A stretch of DNA of 64,000 nt from Eledone cirrhosa. Taxonomy: Eukaryota. The position numbers were made by a program, and so were the translations under genes. Location of the stretch: NCBI GenBank assembly GCA_964016885.1, contig OZ024744.1, positions 95,170,001 to 95,234,000 of the forward strand. Reading direction: 5' to 3'. The notes below the pieces were generated by a model, which had not been told where the DNA came from, did not search any database, and saw only the letters and a program-made list of their open reading frames with translations. Shown here in pieces: positions 37,858-49,689 of this stretch; the stretch's first letter is position 1, and each line of letters opens with the position of its first letter.

Positions 37858-38997
37858 TGGAAAGCACATCTCTCTTCTGTTACCTGTGTCGTAAACCATG
37901 TAGATCTACAGCTGGTCTACAAAGTCAGCTATGAAGTCTCACAGGGTGACACCACTGGCCCTCTGGAAAGCACATCTCTCTTCTGTTACCTGTGTCGTAA
38001 ACCATGTAGATCTACAGCTGGTCTACAAAGTCAGCTATGAAGTCTCACAGGGTGACACCACTGGCCCTCTGGAAAGCACATCTCTCTTCTGTTACCTGTG
38101 TCGTAAACCATGTAGATCTACAGCTGGTCTACAAAGTCAGCTATGAAGTCTCACAGGGTGACACCACTGGCCCTCTGGAAAGCACATCTCTCTTCTGTTA
38201 CCTGTGTCGTAAACCATGTAGATCTACAGCTGGTCTACAAAGTCAGCTATGAAGTCTCACAGGGTGACACCACTGGCCCTCTGGAAAGCACATCTCTCTT
38301 CTGTTACCTGTGTCGTAAACCATGTAGATCTACAGCTGGTCTACAAAGTCATCCATGAAGTCTCACAGGGTGACACCACTGGCCCTCTGGAAAGCACATC
38401 TCTCTTCTGTTACCTGTGTCGTAAACCATGTAGATCTACAGCTGGTCTACAAAGTCAGCTATGAAGTCTCACAGGGTGACACCACTGGCCCTCTGGAAAG
38501 CACATCTCTCTTCTGTTACCTGTGTCGTAAACCATGTAGATCTACAGCTGGTCTACAAAGTCAGCTATGAAGTCTCACAGGGTGACACCACTGGCCCTCT
38601 GGAAAGCACATCTCTCTTCTGTTACCTGTGTCGTAAACCATGTAGATCTACAGCTGGTCTACAAAGTCAGCTATGAAGTCTCACAGGGTGACACCACTGG
38701 CCCTCTGGAAAGCACATCTCTCTTCTGTTACCTGTGTCGTAAACCATGTAGATCTACAGCTGGTCTACAAAGTCAGCTATGAAGTCTCACAGGGTGACAC
38801 CACTGGCCCTCTGGAAAGCACATCTCTCTTCTGTTACCTGTGTCGTAAACCATGTAGATCTACAGCTGGTCTACAAAGTCAGCTATGAAGTCTCACAGGG
38901 TGACACCACAGGCCCTCTGGAAAGCACATCTCTCTTCTGTTACCTGTGTCGTAAACCATGTAGATCTACAGCTGGTCTACAAAGTCATCCACGAAGT
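37858..38997 (+). repeat. 106-bp minisatellite, ~10.7 nearly identical copies, encoding a C2H2-like finger
   Basis: Period 106 (TGGAAAGC at 37858, 37964 ... 38918); includes the perfect palindrome TGTAGATCTACA. Confidence 0.97.
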
Positions 38998-39185
38998 CGT
39001 GGACACAGATGTCATGACAACGAAGAATCAATAAGAGACGGCAATCGTCTGTGAAGACACTGCAATCCTCATAGATGTATGTATGTATGTATGTATGTAT
39101 GTATGTATGTATGTATGTATGTATGTATGTATGTGCGTATGTATATATGCAAGTTTGTATGTATGTATGTTTATATGTATGTGTG
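38918..39185 (+). mobile_element. Probable LINE 3' end (C-terminal zinc finger, short UTR) followed by (ATGT)n
   Basis: FCYLCRKPCRSTAGLQSHPRSRGH...stop at 39054, ~20 bp, then an (ATGT)n tract. C-terminal CxxC-x12-H fingers occur in some RTE lineages. Confidence 0.5.
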
Positions 39186-39249
39186 AATGGCTCCTTTTCA
39201 GTACAGCATCTCTCCACCTGCCATGTTCCTTCGTCATCTCCTCTGTGAG

Positions 39250-40020
39250 TTTTCTATGGCATCCAGCCATTGAAAACTTTCCAAACAAAGGATAGTGTTG
39301 ATGACAATAAAAGCACCCAGTACACTCTCTAAAGTGGTTGATGATAGATAGAAAGGATATCCAGACAGAGAAAATCTGCCAACAAAGGACAGGGAGAATT
39401 CTTCAGTTGTGTCAAATGCATGACAACCCCCAAGTGTTGGTAACCGAATAAAAAGGACCCAGTACACTCTGTAAAGTGGTTGGTGATAGGGAAGGGAATC
39501 CAACTGAAGTAAACTTGCCTAACAAAAGATTGGGAGGACCCTTCAGTTGTGTGAATGACATAACAGCCTCGCTAGTGCTATTGTCATAATAAAACACACC
39601 TGATACACTTTGTAGAGTGTTGGACGACAAATGTAAATGAAACGAGTCATCTCCCTGCCAGTGAACGCCCCCCCCCCCCACCACCACCGCCCCACCACCG
39701 CCACCATCCTCATGCCATCTCATCTGATTAAGTACTATGAGGGTCTGTAACAACCTGTCTAACCCTTGCTAGCAGAGAAAGTGGACATTAATTGATGGTA
39801 ATGATGATGATGATGATGATGACAAAAACAGTGATGACAATGACGATGATGGCAATGCCATGTGACAGCTATGATGACAATGATGACAAGGATAGTCATG
39901 ATGATGATGACAATGGTATTGATGATGATGGTGACAATGATGATGATGAGAATGGTGTTGATGATGATGATGATGATGAAGATGATATGACAATAAGGAT
40001 TATGATGAGGACGATGCTAA

Positions 40021-40052
<32 letters not shown>
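39250..40052 (+). repeat. Degenerate RTE/SINE tail repeats, long imperfect (GAT)n and (GA)n
   Basis: Three diverged AAAA.CACCCAGTACACTCT.TAAAGTGG blocks, GTCTAACCCTTGCTAGC tail, then GAT-rich 39795-40022 and (GA)n 40026-40052. Confidence 0.7.
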
Positions 40053-40058
<6 letters not shown>

Positions 40059-40112
40059 CAGGAGTTCGGGTTGCACTGACATAATCTATCCATGATGGAT
40101 TGTTTGTATATT

Positions 40113-43100
40113 AGTGTTGTTGTTGGTGTTGTTGGTGTTGGTGTTGTTGTAGTTGTTGTTGGTGTTGTTGGTGTTGTTGGTGTTGTTGTTGGTGTTGTTG
40201 TTGGTGTTGTTGTTGGTGTTGTTGGTGTTGTAGTTGTTGGTGTTGTTGTTGTTGGTGTTGTTGGTGGTGTTGGTGTTGTTGTTGGTGTTGTTGTTGGTGG
40301 TGTTGGTGTTGTAGTTGTTGGTGTTGTTGGTGTTGTAGTTGTTGGTGTTGTTGTTGTTGGTGTTGTTGGTGTTGTTGGTGGTGTTGTTGGTGTTGTTGGT
40401 GGTGTTGTTGTTGGTGTTGTTGGTGTTGTTGGTGTTGTTGGTGGTGTTGTTGATGTTGTAGTTGTTGGTGTTGTTGGTGTTGTTGTTGTTGGTGTTGTTG
40501 GTGGTGTTGGTGTTGTTGTTGGTGTTGTTGTTGGTGGTGTTGGTGTTGTAGTTGTTGGTGTTGTTGGTGTTGTAGTTGTTGGTGTTGTTGTTGTTGGTGT
40601 TGTTGGTGTTGTTGGTGTTGTTGGTGTTGTTGGTGTTGTTGTTGGTGTTGTTGTTGGTGGTGTTGGTGGTGTTGTTGGTGTTGTTGTTGTTGATGTTGTT
40701 GTTGGTGTTGTTGGTGTTGTTGGTGTTGTTGGTGTTGTTGGTGTTGTTGGTGTTGTTGTTGGTGGTGTTGTTGGTGTTGTTGGTGTTGTTGGTGTTGTTG
40801 GTGTTGTTGTTGGTGTTGTTGTTGGTGGTGTTGGTGGTGTTGTTGGTGTTGTTGTTGTTGATGTTGTTGTTGGTGGTGTTGTTGGTGTTGTTGGTGTTGT
40901 TGTTGGTGTTGTTGTTGGTGGTGTTGGTGGTGTTGTTGGTGTTGTTGTTGTTGATGTTGTTGTTGGTGGTGTTGTTGGTGGTGTTGGTGTTGGTGTTGTT
41001 GTTGGTGTTGGTGTTGTTGGTGTTGTTGGTGTTGTTGTTGTTGGTGTTGCTGGTGTTGTTGGTGTTGTAGTTGTTGGTGTTGTTGTTGTTGGTGTTGTTG
41101 GTGGTGTTGGTGTTGTTGTTGGTGTTGTAGTTGTTGTTGGTGTTGTTGGTGTTGTTGGTGTTGTAGTTGTTGGTGTTGTTAGTGTTGTTGTTGGTGTTGT
41201 TGGTGTTGTTGGTGGTGTTGTTGGTGTTGTTGGTAGTGTTGTTGGTGTTGTTGGTGGTGTTGTTGTTGGTGTTGTTGGTGTTGTTGGTGGTGTTGTTGGT
41301 GTTGTTGGTGGTGTTGTTGTTGGTGTTGTTGGTGTTGTTGATGTTGTTGGTGTTGTTGGTGGTGTTGTTGGTGTTGTTGGTGTTGTTGGTGTTGGTGTTG
41401 TTGGTGTTGGTGTTGGTGTTGTTGTTGGTGTTGTTGTTGGTGGTGTTGGTGTTGTTGGTGTTGGTGTTGTTGGTGTTGGTGGTGTTGTTGGTGTTGTTAG
41501 TGTTGTTGTTGGTGTTGTTGTTGGTGGTGTTGGTGTTGTTGGTGTTGGTGTTGTTGGTGTTGGTGGTGTTGTTGGCGTTGTTGGTGTTGTTGGTGGTGTT
41601 GTTGTTGGTGTTGTTGGTGTTGTTGGTGGTGTTGTTGGTGTTATTGTTGGTGTTGTTGGTGTTGGTGTTGTTGTTGTTGGTGTTGGTGTTGGTGTTGTTG
41701 TTGGTGTTGTTGTTGGTGGTGTTGGTGTTGTTGGTGTTGGTGTTGTTGGTGTTGTTGGTGTTGGTGGTGTTGTTGGTGTTGTTAGTGTTGTTGTTGGTGT
41801 TGTTGTTGGTGTTGGTGTTGTTGTTGGTGGTGTTGGTGTTGTTGGTGTTGGTGTTGTTGGTGTTGTTGGTTTTGTTGGTGTTGTTGTTGGTGTTGTTGTT
41901 GTTGGTGTTGTTGGTGTTGTTGGTGTTGTTGTTGGTGTTGTAGTTGTTGGTGTTGTTGTTGGTGTTGTTAGTGTTGTTGTTGGTGTTGTTGGTGGTTTTG
42001 TTGTTGGTGTTGTTGGTGTTGTTAGTGTTGTTGTTGGTGTTGTTGGTGTTGTTGGTGGTGTTGTTGGTGTTGTTGGTGGTGTTGTTGGTGGTGTTGTTGT
42101 TGGTGTTGTTGGTGTTGTTGGTGTTGTTGGTGGTGTTGTTGGTGTTGTTGGTGTTGGTGTTGTTGGTGTTGTTAGTGTTGTTGGTGTTGTTGGTGTTGTA
42201 GTTGTTGGTGTTGTTGTTGTTGGTGTTGTTGGTGTTGTTGTTGGTGTTGTAGTTGTTGGTGTTGTTGGTGTTGTAGTTGTTGGTGTTGTTGTTGGTGTTG
42301 TTGTTGGTGTTGTTAGTGTTGTTGTTGGTGTTGTTGGTGGTTTTGTTGTTGGTGTTGTTGGTGTTGTTAGTGTTGTTGTTGGTGTTGTTGGTGTTGTTGG
42401 TGGTGTTGTTGGTGTTGTTGGTGGTGTTGTTGGTGTTGTTGGTGGTGTTGTTGTTGGTGATGTTAGTGTTGTTGGTGTTGTTAGTGTTGTTGGTGTTGTT
42501 GGTGTTGTAGTTGTTGGTGTTGTTGTTGTTGGTGTTGTTGGTGTTGTTGTTGGTGTTGTAGTTGTTGGTGTTGTTGGTGTTGTAGTTGTTGGTGTTGTTG
42601 TTGGTGTTGTTGTTGGTGTTGTTAGTGTTGTTGTTGGTGTTGTTGGTGGTTTTGTTGTTGGTGTTGTTGGTGTTGTTAGTGTTGTTGTTGGTGTTGTTGG
42701 TGTTGTTGGTGGTGTTGTTGGTGTTGTTGGTGGTGTTGTTGGTGTTGTTGGTGGTGTTGTTGTTGGTGATGTTGGTGTTGTTGGTGGTGTTGTTGGTGTT
42801 GTTGGTGTTGTTGGTGTTGTTGGTGGTGTTGTTGATGTTGTTGGTGTTGTTGGTGGTGTTGTTGGTGTTATTGTTGGTGTTGTTGGTGTTGGTGTTGTTG
42901 GTGTTGTTGGTGTTGGTGTTGGTGTTGTTGTTGGTGTTGTTGGTGTTGTTGGTGTTGGTGTTGTTGGTGTTGGTGGTGTTGTTGGTGTTGGTGTTGTTGG
43001 TGTTGGTGGTGTTGTTGGTGTTGTTAGTGTTGTTGTTGGTGTTGTTGGTGGTGGTGTTGGTGTTGTTGGTGTTGGTGTTGTTGGTGTTGGTGGTGTTGGT

Positions 43101-46100
43101 GTTGTTGGTGTTGGTGGTGTTGTTGGTGTTGTTAGTGTTGTTGTTGGTGTTGTTGGTGTTGTTGGTGTTGGTGTTGTTGTTGGTGTTGTTGTTGGTGGTG
43201 TTGGTGTTGTTGGTGTTGGTGTTGTTGGTGTTGTTGGTGTTGGTGGTGTTGTTGGTGTTGTTAGTGTTGTTGTTGGTGTTGTTGTTGGTGTTGGTGTTGT
43301 TGTTGGTGGTGTTGGTGTTGTTGGTGTTGGTGTTGTTGGTGTTGTTGGTTTTGTTGGTGTTGTTGTTGGTGTTGTTGTTGTTGGTGTTGTTGGTGTTGTT
43401 GGTGTTGTTGTTGGTGTTGTAGTTGTTGGTGTTGTTGTTGGTGTTGTTAGTGTTGTTGTTGGTGTTGTTGGTGGTTTTGTTGTTGGTGTTGTTGGTGTTG
43501 TTAGTGTTGTTGTTGGTGTTGTTGGTGTTGTTGGTGGTGTTGTTGGTGTTGTTGGTGGTGTTGTTGGTGGTGTTGTTGTTGGTGTTGTTGGTGTTGTTGG
43601 TGTTGTTGGTGGTGTTGTTGGTGTTGTTGGTGTTGGTGTTGTTGGTGTTGTTAGTGTTGTTGGTGTTGTTGGTGTTGTAGTTGTTGGTGTTGTTGTTGTT
43701 GGTGTTGTTGGTGTTGTTGTTGGTGTTGTAGTTGTTGGTGTTGTTGGTGTTGTAGTTGTTGGTGTTGTTGTTGGTGTTGTTGTTGGTGTTGTTAGTGTTG
43801 TTGTTGGTGTTGTTGGTGGTTTTGTTGTTGGTGTTGTTGGTGTTGTTAGTGTTGTTGTTGGTGTTGTTGGTGTTGTTGGTGGTGTTGTTGGTGTTGTTGG
43901 TGGTGTTGTTGGTGTTTTTGGTGGTGTTGTTGTTGGTGATGTTGGTGTTGTTGGTGGTGTTGTTGGTGTTGTTGGTGTTGTTGGTGTTGTTGGTGGTGTT
44001 GTTGATGTTGTTGGTGTTGTTGGTGGTGTTGTTGGTGTTATTGTTGGTGTTGTTGGTGTTGGTGTTGTTGGTGTTGTTGGTGTTGGTGTTGGTGTTGTTG
44101 TTGGTGTTGTTGGTGTTGTTGGTGTTGGTGTTGTTGGTGTTGGTGGTGTTGTTGGTGTTGGTGTTGTTGGTGTTGGTGGTGTTGTTGGTGTTGTTAGTGT
44201 TGTTGTTGGTGTTGTTGGTGGTGGTGTTGGTGTTGTTGGTGTTGGTGTTGTTGGTGTTGGTGGTGTTGGTGTTGTTGGTGTTGGTGGTGTTGTTGGTGTT
44301 GTTAGTGTTGTTGTTGGTGTTGTTGGTGTTGTTGGTGTTGGTGTTGTTGTTGGTGTTGTTGTTGGTGGTGTTGGTGTTGTTGGTGTTGGTGTTGTTGGTG
44401 TTGTTGGTGTTGGTGGTGTTGTTGGTGTTGTTAGTGTTGTTGTCGGTGTTGTTGTTGGTGTTGGTGTTGGTGTTGGTGTTGTTGTTGGTGTTGTTGGTGG
44501 TGTTGTTGGTGTTGTTGTTGGTGTTGTTGGTGTTGTTGGTTTTGTTGGTGTTGTTGTTGGTGTTGTTGGTGTTGGTGTTGTTGGTGTTGTTGGTTTTGTT
44601 GGTGTTGTTGTTGGTGTTGTTGGTGTTGTTGGTGTTGTTGGTTTTGTTGGTGTTGTTGTTGGTGTTGTTGGTGTTGTTGGTGTTGTTGGTGTTGTTGTTG
44701 TTGGTGTTGTTGGTGTTGTTGGTGTTGTTGGTGTTGTTGGTTTTGTTGGTGTTGTTGTTGGTGGTGTTGTTGGTGTTGTAGTTGGTGTTGTTGGTGTTGT
44801 TGGTGTTGTTGGTGTTGTTGTTGGTGTTGTTGTTGGTGTTGTTGTTGGTGTTGTTAGTGTTGTTGGTGGTGTTGTTGTTGGTGTTGGTGGTGGTGTTGTT
44901 GGTGTTGTTGTTGGTGTTGTTAGTGTTGTTGGTGGTGTTGTTGTTGGTGGTGTTGGTGGTGTTGTTGGTGTTGTTAGTGTTGTTGGTGGTGTTGGTGTTG
45001 TTGTTGGTGTTGTTGGTGTTGTTGGTGGTGTTGTTAGTGGTGTTGTTGGTGGTGTTGTTGGTGTTGTTGGTGATATTGTTAGTGTTGTTGGTGGTGTTGT
45101 TGTTGGTGGTGTTGGTGGTGCCGTTGGTGTTGTTAGTGTTGTTGGTGGTGTTGGTGTTGTTGGTGGTGTTGTTGGTGTTGGTGGTGGTGTTGTTGGTGGT
45201 GTTGTTGGTGGTGTTGTTGGTGTTGTTGTTGGTGTTGTTGTTGGTGTTGTTGGTGGTGTTGTTGGTGTTGTTAGTGTTGTTGGTGTTGTTGGTGTTGTTG
45301 GTGTTGTTGGTGGTGTTGTTGTTGGTGTTGTTGGTGGTGTTGTTGGTGTTGTTGTTGTTGATGTTGTTGTTGGTGGTGGTGGTTGTGGTGTTGTTGTTGT
45401 TGTTGTTAGTGTTGTTGGTGGTGTTGTTGGTGTTGTTGTTGGTGTTGTTGGTGTTGTTGTTGGTGGTGTTGGTGGTGTTGTAGGTGTTGTTGGTGTTGTT
45501 GTTGGTGTTGTTGGTGTTGTTGGTGTTGTTGTTGGTGTTGTTGGTGGTGTTGTTGGTGTTGTTGGTGTTGTTGGTGTTGTTGGTGTTGTTGTTGGTGTTG
45601 TTGGTGGTGTTGGTGTTGTTGGTGGTGTTGGTGTTGGTGGTGTTGGTGGTATTGTTGGTGTTGTTGGTGTTGTTGGTGTTGTTGTTGTTGTTGGTGTTGT
45701 TGGTGTTGTTGGTGTTGTTGGTGTTGTTGGTGTTGTTGTTGTTGTTGGTGTTGTTGGTGTTGGTGGTGTTGTTGGTGTTGGTGGTGTTGTTGGTGTTGTT
45801 GGTGTTGTTGGTGTTGTTGTTGTTGTTGGTGTTGTTGGTGTTGTTAGTGTTGTTGTTGTTGGTGGTGTTGGTGGTGTTGTTGTTGTTGGTGTTGTTGGTG
45901 TTGTTAGTGTTGTTGTTGTTGGTGGTGTTGGTGGTGTTGTTGTTGTTGGTGTTGTTGGTGTTGTTGGTGGTGTTGTTGGTGGTGTTGTTGGTGTTGTTGT
46001 TGGTGTTGTTGGTTGTGTTGTTAGTGTTGTTGTTGGTGTTGGTGGTGTTGGTGGTGTTTTTGGTGTTGTTGGTGTTGTTGGTGTTGTTGTTGTTGTTGGT

Positions 46101-47241
46101 GTTGTTGGTGTTGTTAGTGTTGTTGTTGTTGGTGTTGTTGGTGTTGTTGGTGTTGTTGTTGGTGTTGTTGGTGGTGTTGTTGGTGTTGTTGGTGTTGTTG
46201 GTGTTGTTGGTGTTGTTGTTGGTGTTGTTGGTGGTGTTGGTGTTGTTGGTGGTGTTGGTGTTGGTGGTGTTGGTGGTATTGTTGGTGTTGTTGGTGTTGT
46301 TGGTGTTGTTGTTGTTGTTGGTGTTGTTGGTGTTGTTGGTGTTGTTGGTGTTGTTGGTGTTGTTGTTGTTGTTGGTGTTGTTGGTGTTGGTGGTGTTGTT
46401 GGTGTTGGTGGTGTTGTTGGTGTTGTTGGTGTTGTTGGTGTTGTTGTTGTTGTTGGTGTTGTTGGTGTTGTTAGTGTTGTTGTTGTTGGTGGTGTTGGTG
46501 GTGTTGTTGTTGTTGGTGTTGTTGGTGTTGTTAGTGTTGTTGTTGTTGGTGGTGTTGGTGGTGTTGTTGTTGTTGGTGTTGTTGGTGTTGTTGGTGGTGT
46601 TGTTGGTGGTGTTGTTGGTGTTGTTGTTGGTGTTGTTGGTTGTGTTGTTAGTGTTGTTGTTGGTGTTGGTGGTGTTGGTGGTGTTTTTGGTGTTGTTGGT
46701 GTTGTTGGTGTTGTTGTTGTTGTTGGTGTTGTTGGTGTTGTTAGTGTTGTTGTTGTTGGTGGTGTTGGTGTTGTTGTTGGTGTTGTTGTTGGTGTTGTTG
46801 TTGGTGGTGTTGGTGTTGTAGTTGTTGGTGTTGTTGGTGTTGTAGTTGTTGGTGTTGTTGTTGTTGGTGGTGTTGTTGTTGTTGGTGTTGTTGGTGTTGT
46901 TGTTGGTGTTCTTGGTGTTCTTGGTATTGTTGTTGGTGTTGTTGGTGTTGTTGGTGTTGTTGGTGTTGTTAGTATTGTTAGTATTGTTGGTGTTGGTGTT
47001 GTTGGTGTTGGTGTTGGTGTTAGTGTTGTTGTTGGTCTTGTTGGTGTTGTTGTTGGTGTTGTTGTTGGTGTTGTTGTTTGTGGTGGTGTTGTTGGTGTTG
47101 TTGGTGTTGTTGGTGTTGTTGGTGTTGTTGGTGTTGTTGGTGTTGTTGGTGTTGTTGGTGGTGATGTTGGTGGTGTTGGTGTTGTTGGTGGTGTTGGTGT
47201 TGTTGGTGTTGTTGGTGTTGTTAGTAATGTTAGTATTGTTG
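40113..47241. repeat. 7.1-kb compound (GTT/GGT)n trinucleotide tract
   Basis: Almost purely G/T on +; triplet phase kept throughout; internal duplications with periods 1479, 309 and 627 bp. Confidence 0.97.
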
Positions 47242-47403
47242 TCTGTTTGTGTTGGTCAAATATGGCCTCTACAGGTAGATTAAGTGGATTTATATATCAT
47301 TTTTGCTTCTTTACTTCTGTGTGTAATCTGTGTCTACTGTAAATATTGTAGAGTTGTTGGCACCAGTCGTACTGTTTCATAGGTTTTCCCTTGTCCATCT
47401 ATC

Positions 47404-47820
47404 TGTGTGTGTGTATATGTGTTGTGTGTGTGTGTATATATGTGTGGTGTGTGTGTATGTGTGTCTGTGCATGATTGTATATCTAAGTGTGTTTGAGAGA
47501 GAGCGAGTGTGTGTGAGCATGTATGTGTTTCGCGTGTGAGTGGGTGGTGTGTATGTGTGTGAGTGTCTTGTGTCTGTGTGTTTGTGTGTTCCTGTATATG
47601 TGTGGGTGTCTGTGTTTAATTGTATCTGTGAGTGTGTGTGAGAGAGAGAATCAGAGACAGAAAGGGTGTGTGTGTGTGTGTATGTGTATGTGTTTGTGTT
47701 TCTCTATGTGAGTGTGCATATTCCTGTATTTGTGTGTCTGTGTATGACTGTATATGTGAGTGTGAAAGGGAGAGTGTGTGTGTGTGTATGTATGTGTGTG
47801 GGGGATATATGTGTGTGTGT
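47404..47820. repeat. Imperfect (TG)n low-complexity tract
   Basis: Direct inspection. Confidence 0.85.
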
Positions 47821-47965
47821 AGTATGTTTACCTTGCTGTAAATGATGGTTGATTATATTTTGTGTTCTTTGATTTGCTAATAATAAGAGATTTACAGTGT
47901 TGTTGTTCAGCCCTTGGTCGACGCCAGTGGAGCAGACATACAAGCAAGGGCGTTACAGCTATAAC

Positions 47966-48253
47966 CAGAGTTGGATTTAGATCTTTGGGGGCCCTCGGCA
48001 TTTCAGGTTTGGGAAGCCCCTCATGCACAAAACAATTAGAATACACAGCAAATCCCACCAATTTTACTTGACGCAAGTAATTGGAATTGAAAAGTTATAC
48101 ATATAGATATTAAATTAAAAAATTCTGACTATTCTGAAACTAAAAAGTCCAACTGAGAGCACAAATAAATTGCTACAGCTGTTGCTGGTGGGACCCCTAC
48201 TGCAAGGGTCCCAGGGCAATTGCCCCCTTTGCCCCTCATTAAATCTGGCCCTG
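47966..48253. mobile_element. hAT-type MITE with perfect 8-bp TSD
   Basis: GCTATAAC|CAGAGTTGGATTTA ... TAAATCTGGCCCTG|GCTATAAC. Confidence 0.85.
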
Positions 48254-48350
48254 GCTATAACCACCAAGTCTGTTTTCGATACATATTATTCATATGACTA
48301 TCTAATGATAGTAGATTGTGATTTGAGGAAGAATTGGTAACTAGTGTAAG

Positions 48351-48480
48351 CAGGGCCTCCGAAAGAAATTTTGGCGCCCAAATCAGGCAAACATTTTTCT
48401 CAAAATGGATGTTGTATGGTTGGTGTGGGACATTCTTAGCTCTTGGGCCCCGGAACAAAATACCGGCTGGACCCTCCCCT
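48351..48480. mobile_element. Partial hAT-like MITE
   Basis: Starts CAGGGCC, with internal GGCGCCC/GGGCCCC motifs typical of such MITEs; no right terminus found. Confidence 0.35.
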
Positions 48481-48939
48481 GAGTGTGGGGTTGGAATAGC
48501 CATGCCGCTGTGTGTAGTGGAGGAAGATGTGAAGACAGGATTGTGTGGCCATCTAAGTATGAGGCTATGTCATGTCTGTGCTAGACAGTGTGATAGATGT
48601 AGACAGTGTGATAGATGAAGGATTTCAAGACTCGAAATAGGGAGTGACATAACTACTACCTGTAGGTCAATATACTGGTCTGCTATGATCAATCAACCCT
48701 CTGAAACGATCGTAAAACAGTGAACTAATTAAGAACCTATCTTGGACTTTTGTTTTACTTTCATTGTTCAATACAGACACATACACACAGCTTTTTGCCA
48801 AGACTAAGTATGTGACGTAGTCACTACTGTAAAATTCAGTGCTATTGGACTTCAAATTGTTTTAAAATAAACATACAGTATATTATCAAATATACTATAC
48901 ATACATTCATATATACATATATACATATATATATATATC

Positions 48940-49058
48940 GTCAGAGCAAGGTACGGCGTGGCCAACTCTGGCTAGACTTGTCACCTGGCATGGATGATCC
49001 GTCTAACCCATGCAATCATGGAAAAATTGACGCTAAACGGTGATGATGATGATGATGA
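48940..49058 (+). mobile_element. Short RTE-type 3' tail in (TA)n
   Basis: GAGCAAGG...CCGTCTAACCCATGC..CATGGAAAA...AAACGGTGATGATG. Confidence 0.7.
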
Positions 49059-49287
49059 TATATATATGCATACATAAATGACTGTGTAGCTTTGGTAGAA
49101 ACGTCAATGATACATTATGCGATGAGAACCTACTACAGCAACTATAGCTCTCACTGCATGATCTCATTGAAACCAACTCGTTAAGGCTGCATTGAGTTCT
49201 AGCAACATTATTGGCACCACTATAAACAGCTGGATACCAGTGTATATATATATATATATATATATATACTGGTATAAATATATATAT

Positions 49288-49638
49288 GGAGGCACATGGC
49301 TTAGTGGTTAGAGCATTGGCCTTGCAATCGAAAGGTTGTGAGTTCAATTCTCAGACTGGGTGATGTGTTGTTTCCTTGAGCAAGACACTTTATTTCACAT
49401 TGCTCCAGTTTACTCAGCTGTAGAAATGAGATGATAGGGGACTGGGGTCCCTATCATTCCACTGCAAAGTGGTCGTGGAAAAAAGGTGCCATGGAAAAAA
49501 GCACCCAGCACTCACTGTAAATGAGGTTGGTGTTAAGAAGGGCATCCAGCTGTAGAAATCAAGCCAGAATCAGTTCCCGTCCCACCCTTGCAAGCAAGGA
49601 AAAAGCGGACGTAAAATGAAATGATGATGATGATGATG

Positions 49639-49640
<2 letters not shown>
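49288..49640 (+). mobile_element. tRNA-headed SINE with CORE-like body and RTE-derived tail (short-tail form)
   Basis: A box TGGCTTAGTGG, B box GAGTTCAATTC, CCTTGAGCAAGACACTT body, AAAAGCACCCAGC...GGGCATCCAGCTGTAGAAA tail, (GAT)n. Confidence 0.85.

Positions 49641-49689
<49 letters not shown>

Noticed and set aside
37843-39054. Series of 71-aa MKSHRV... ORFs as a gene cluster
   Set aside because: Produced by the 106-bp period shifting frame in each unit; no promoter or splice evidence.
39769-40079. His-rich and Asp-rich ORFs
   Set aside because: Translations of a degenerate (GAT)n retroelement tail.
40092-47342. 2416-aa Val/Gly ORF and overlapping Leu/Val ORFs
   Set aside because: Translation artefacts of a GTT/GGT repeat; implausible composition and no domain content.
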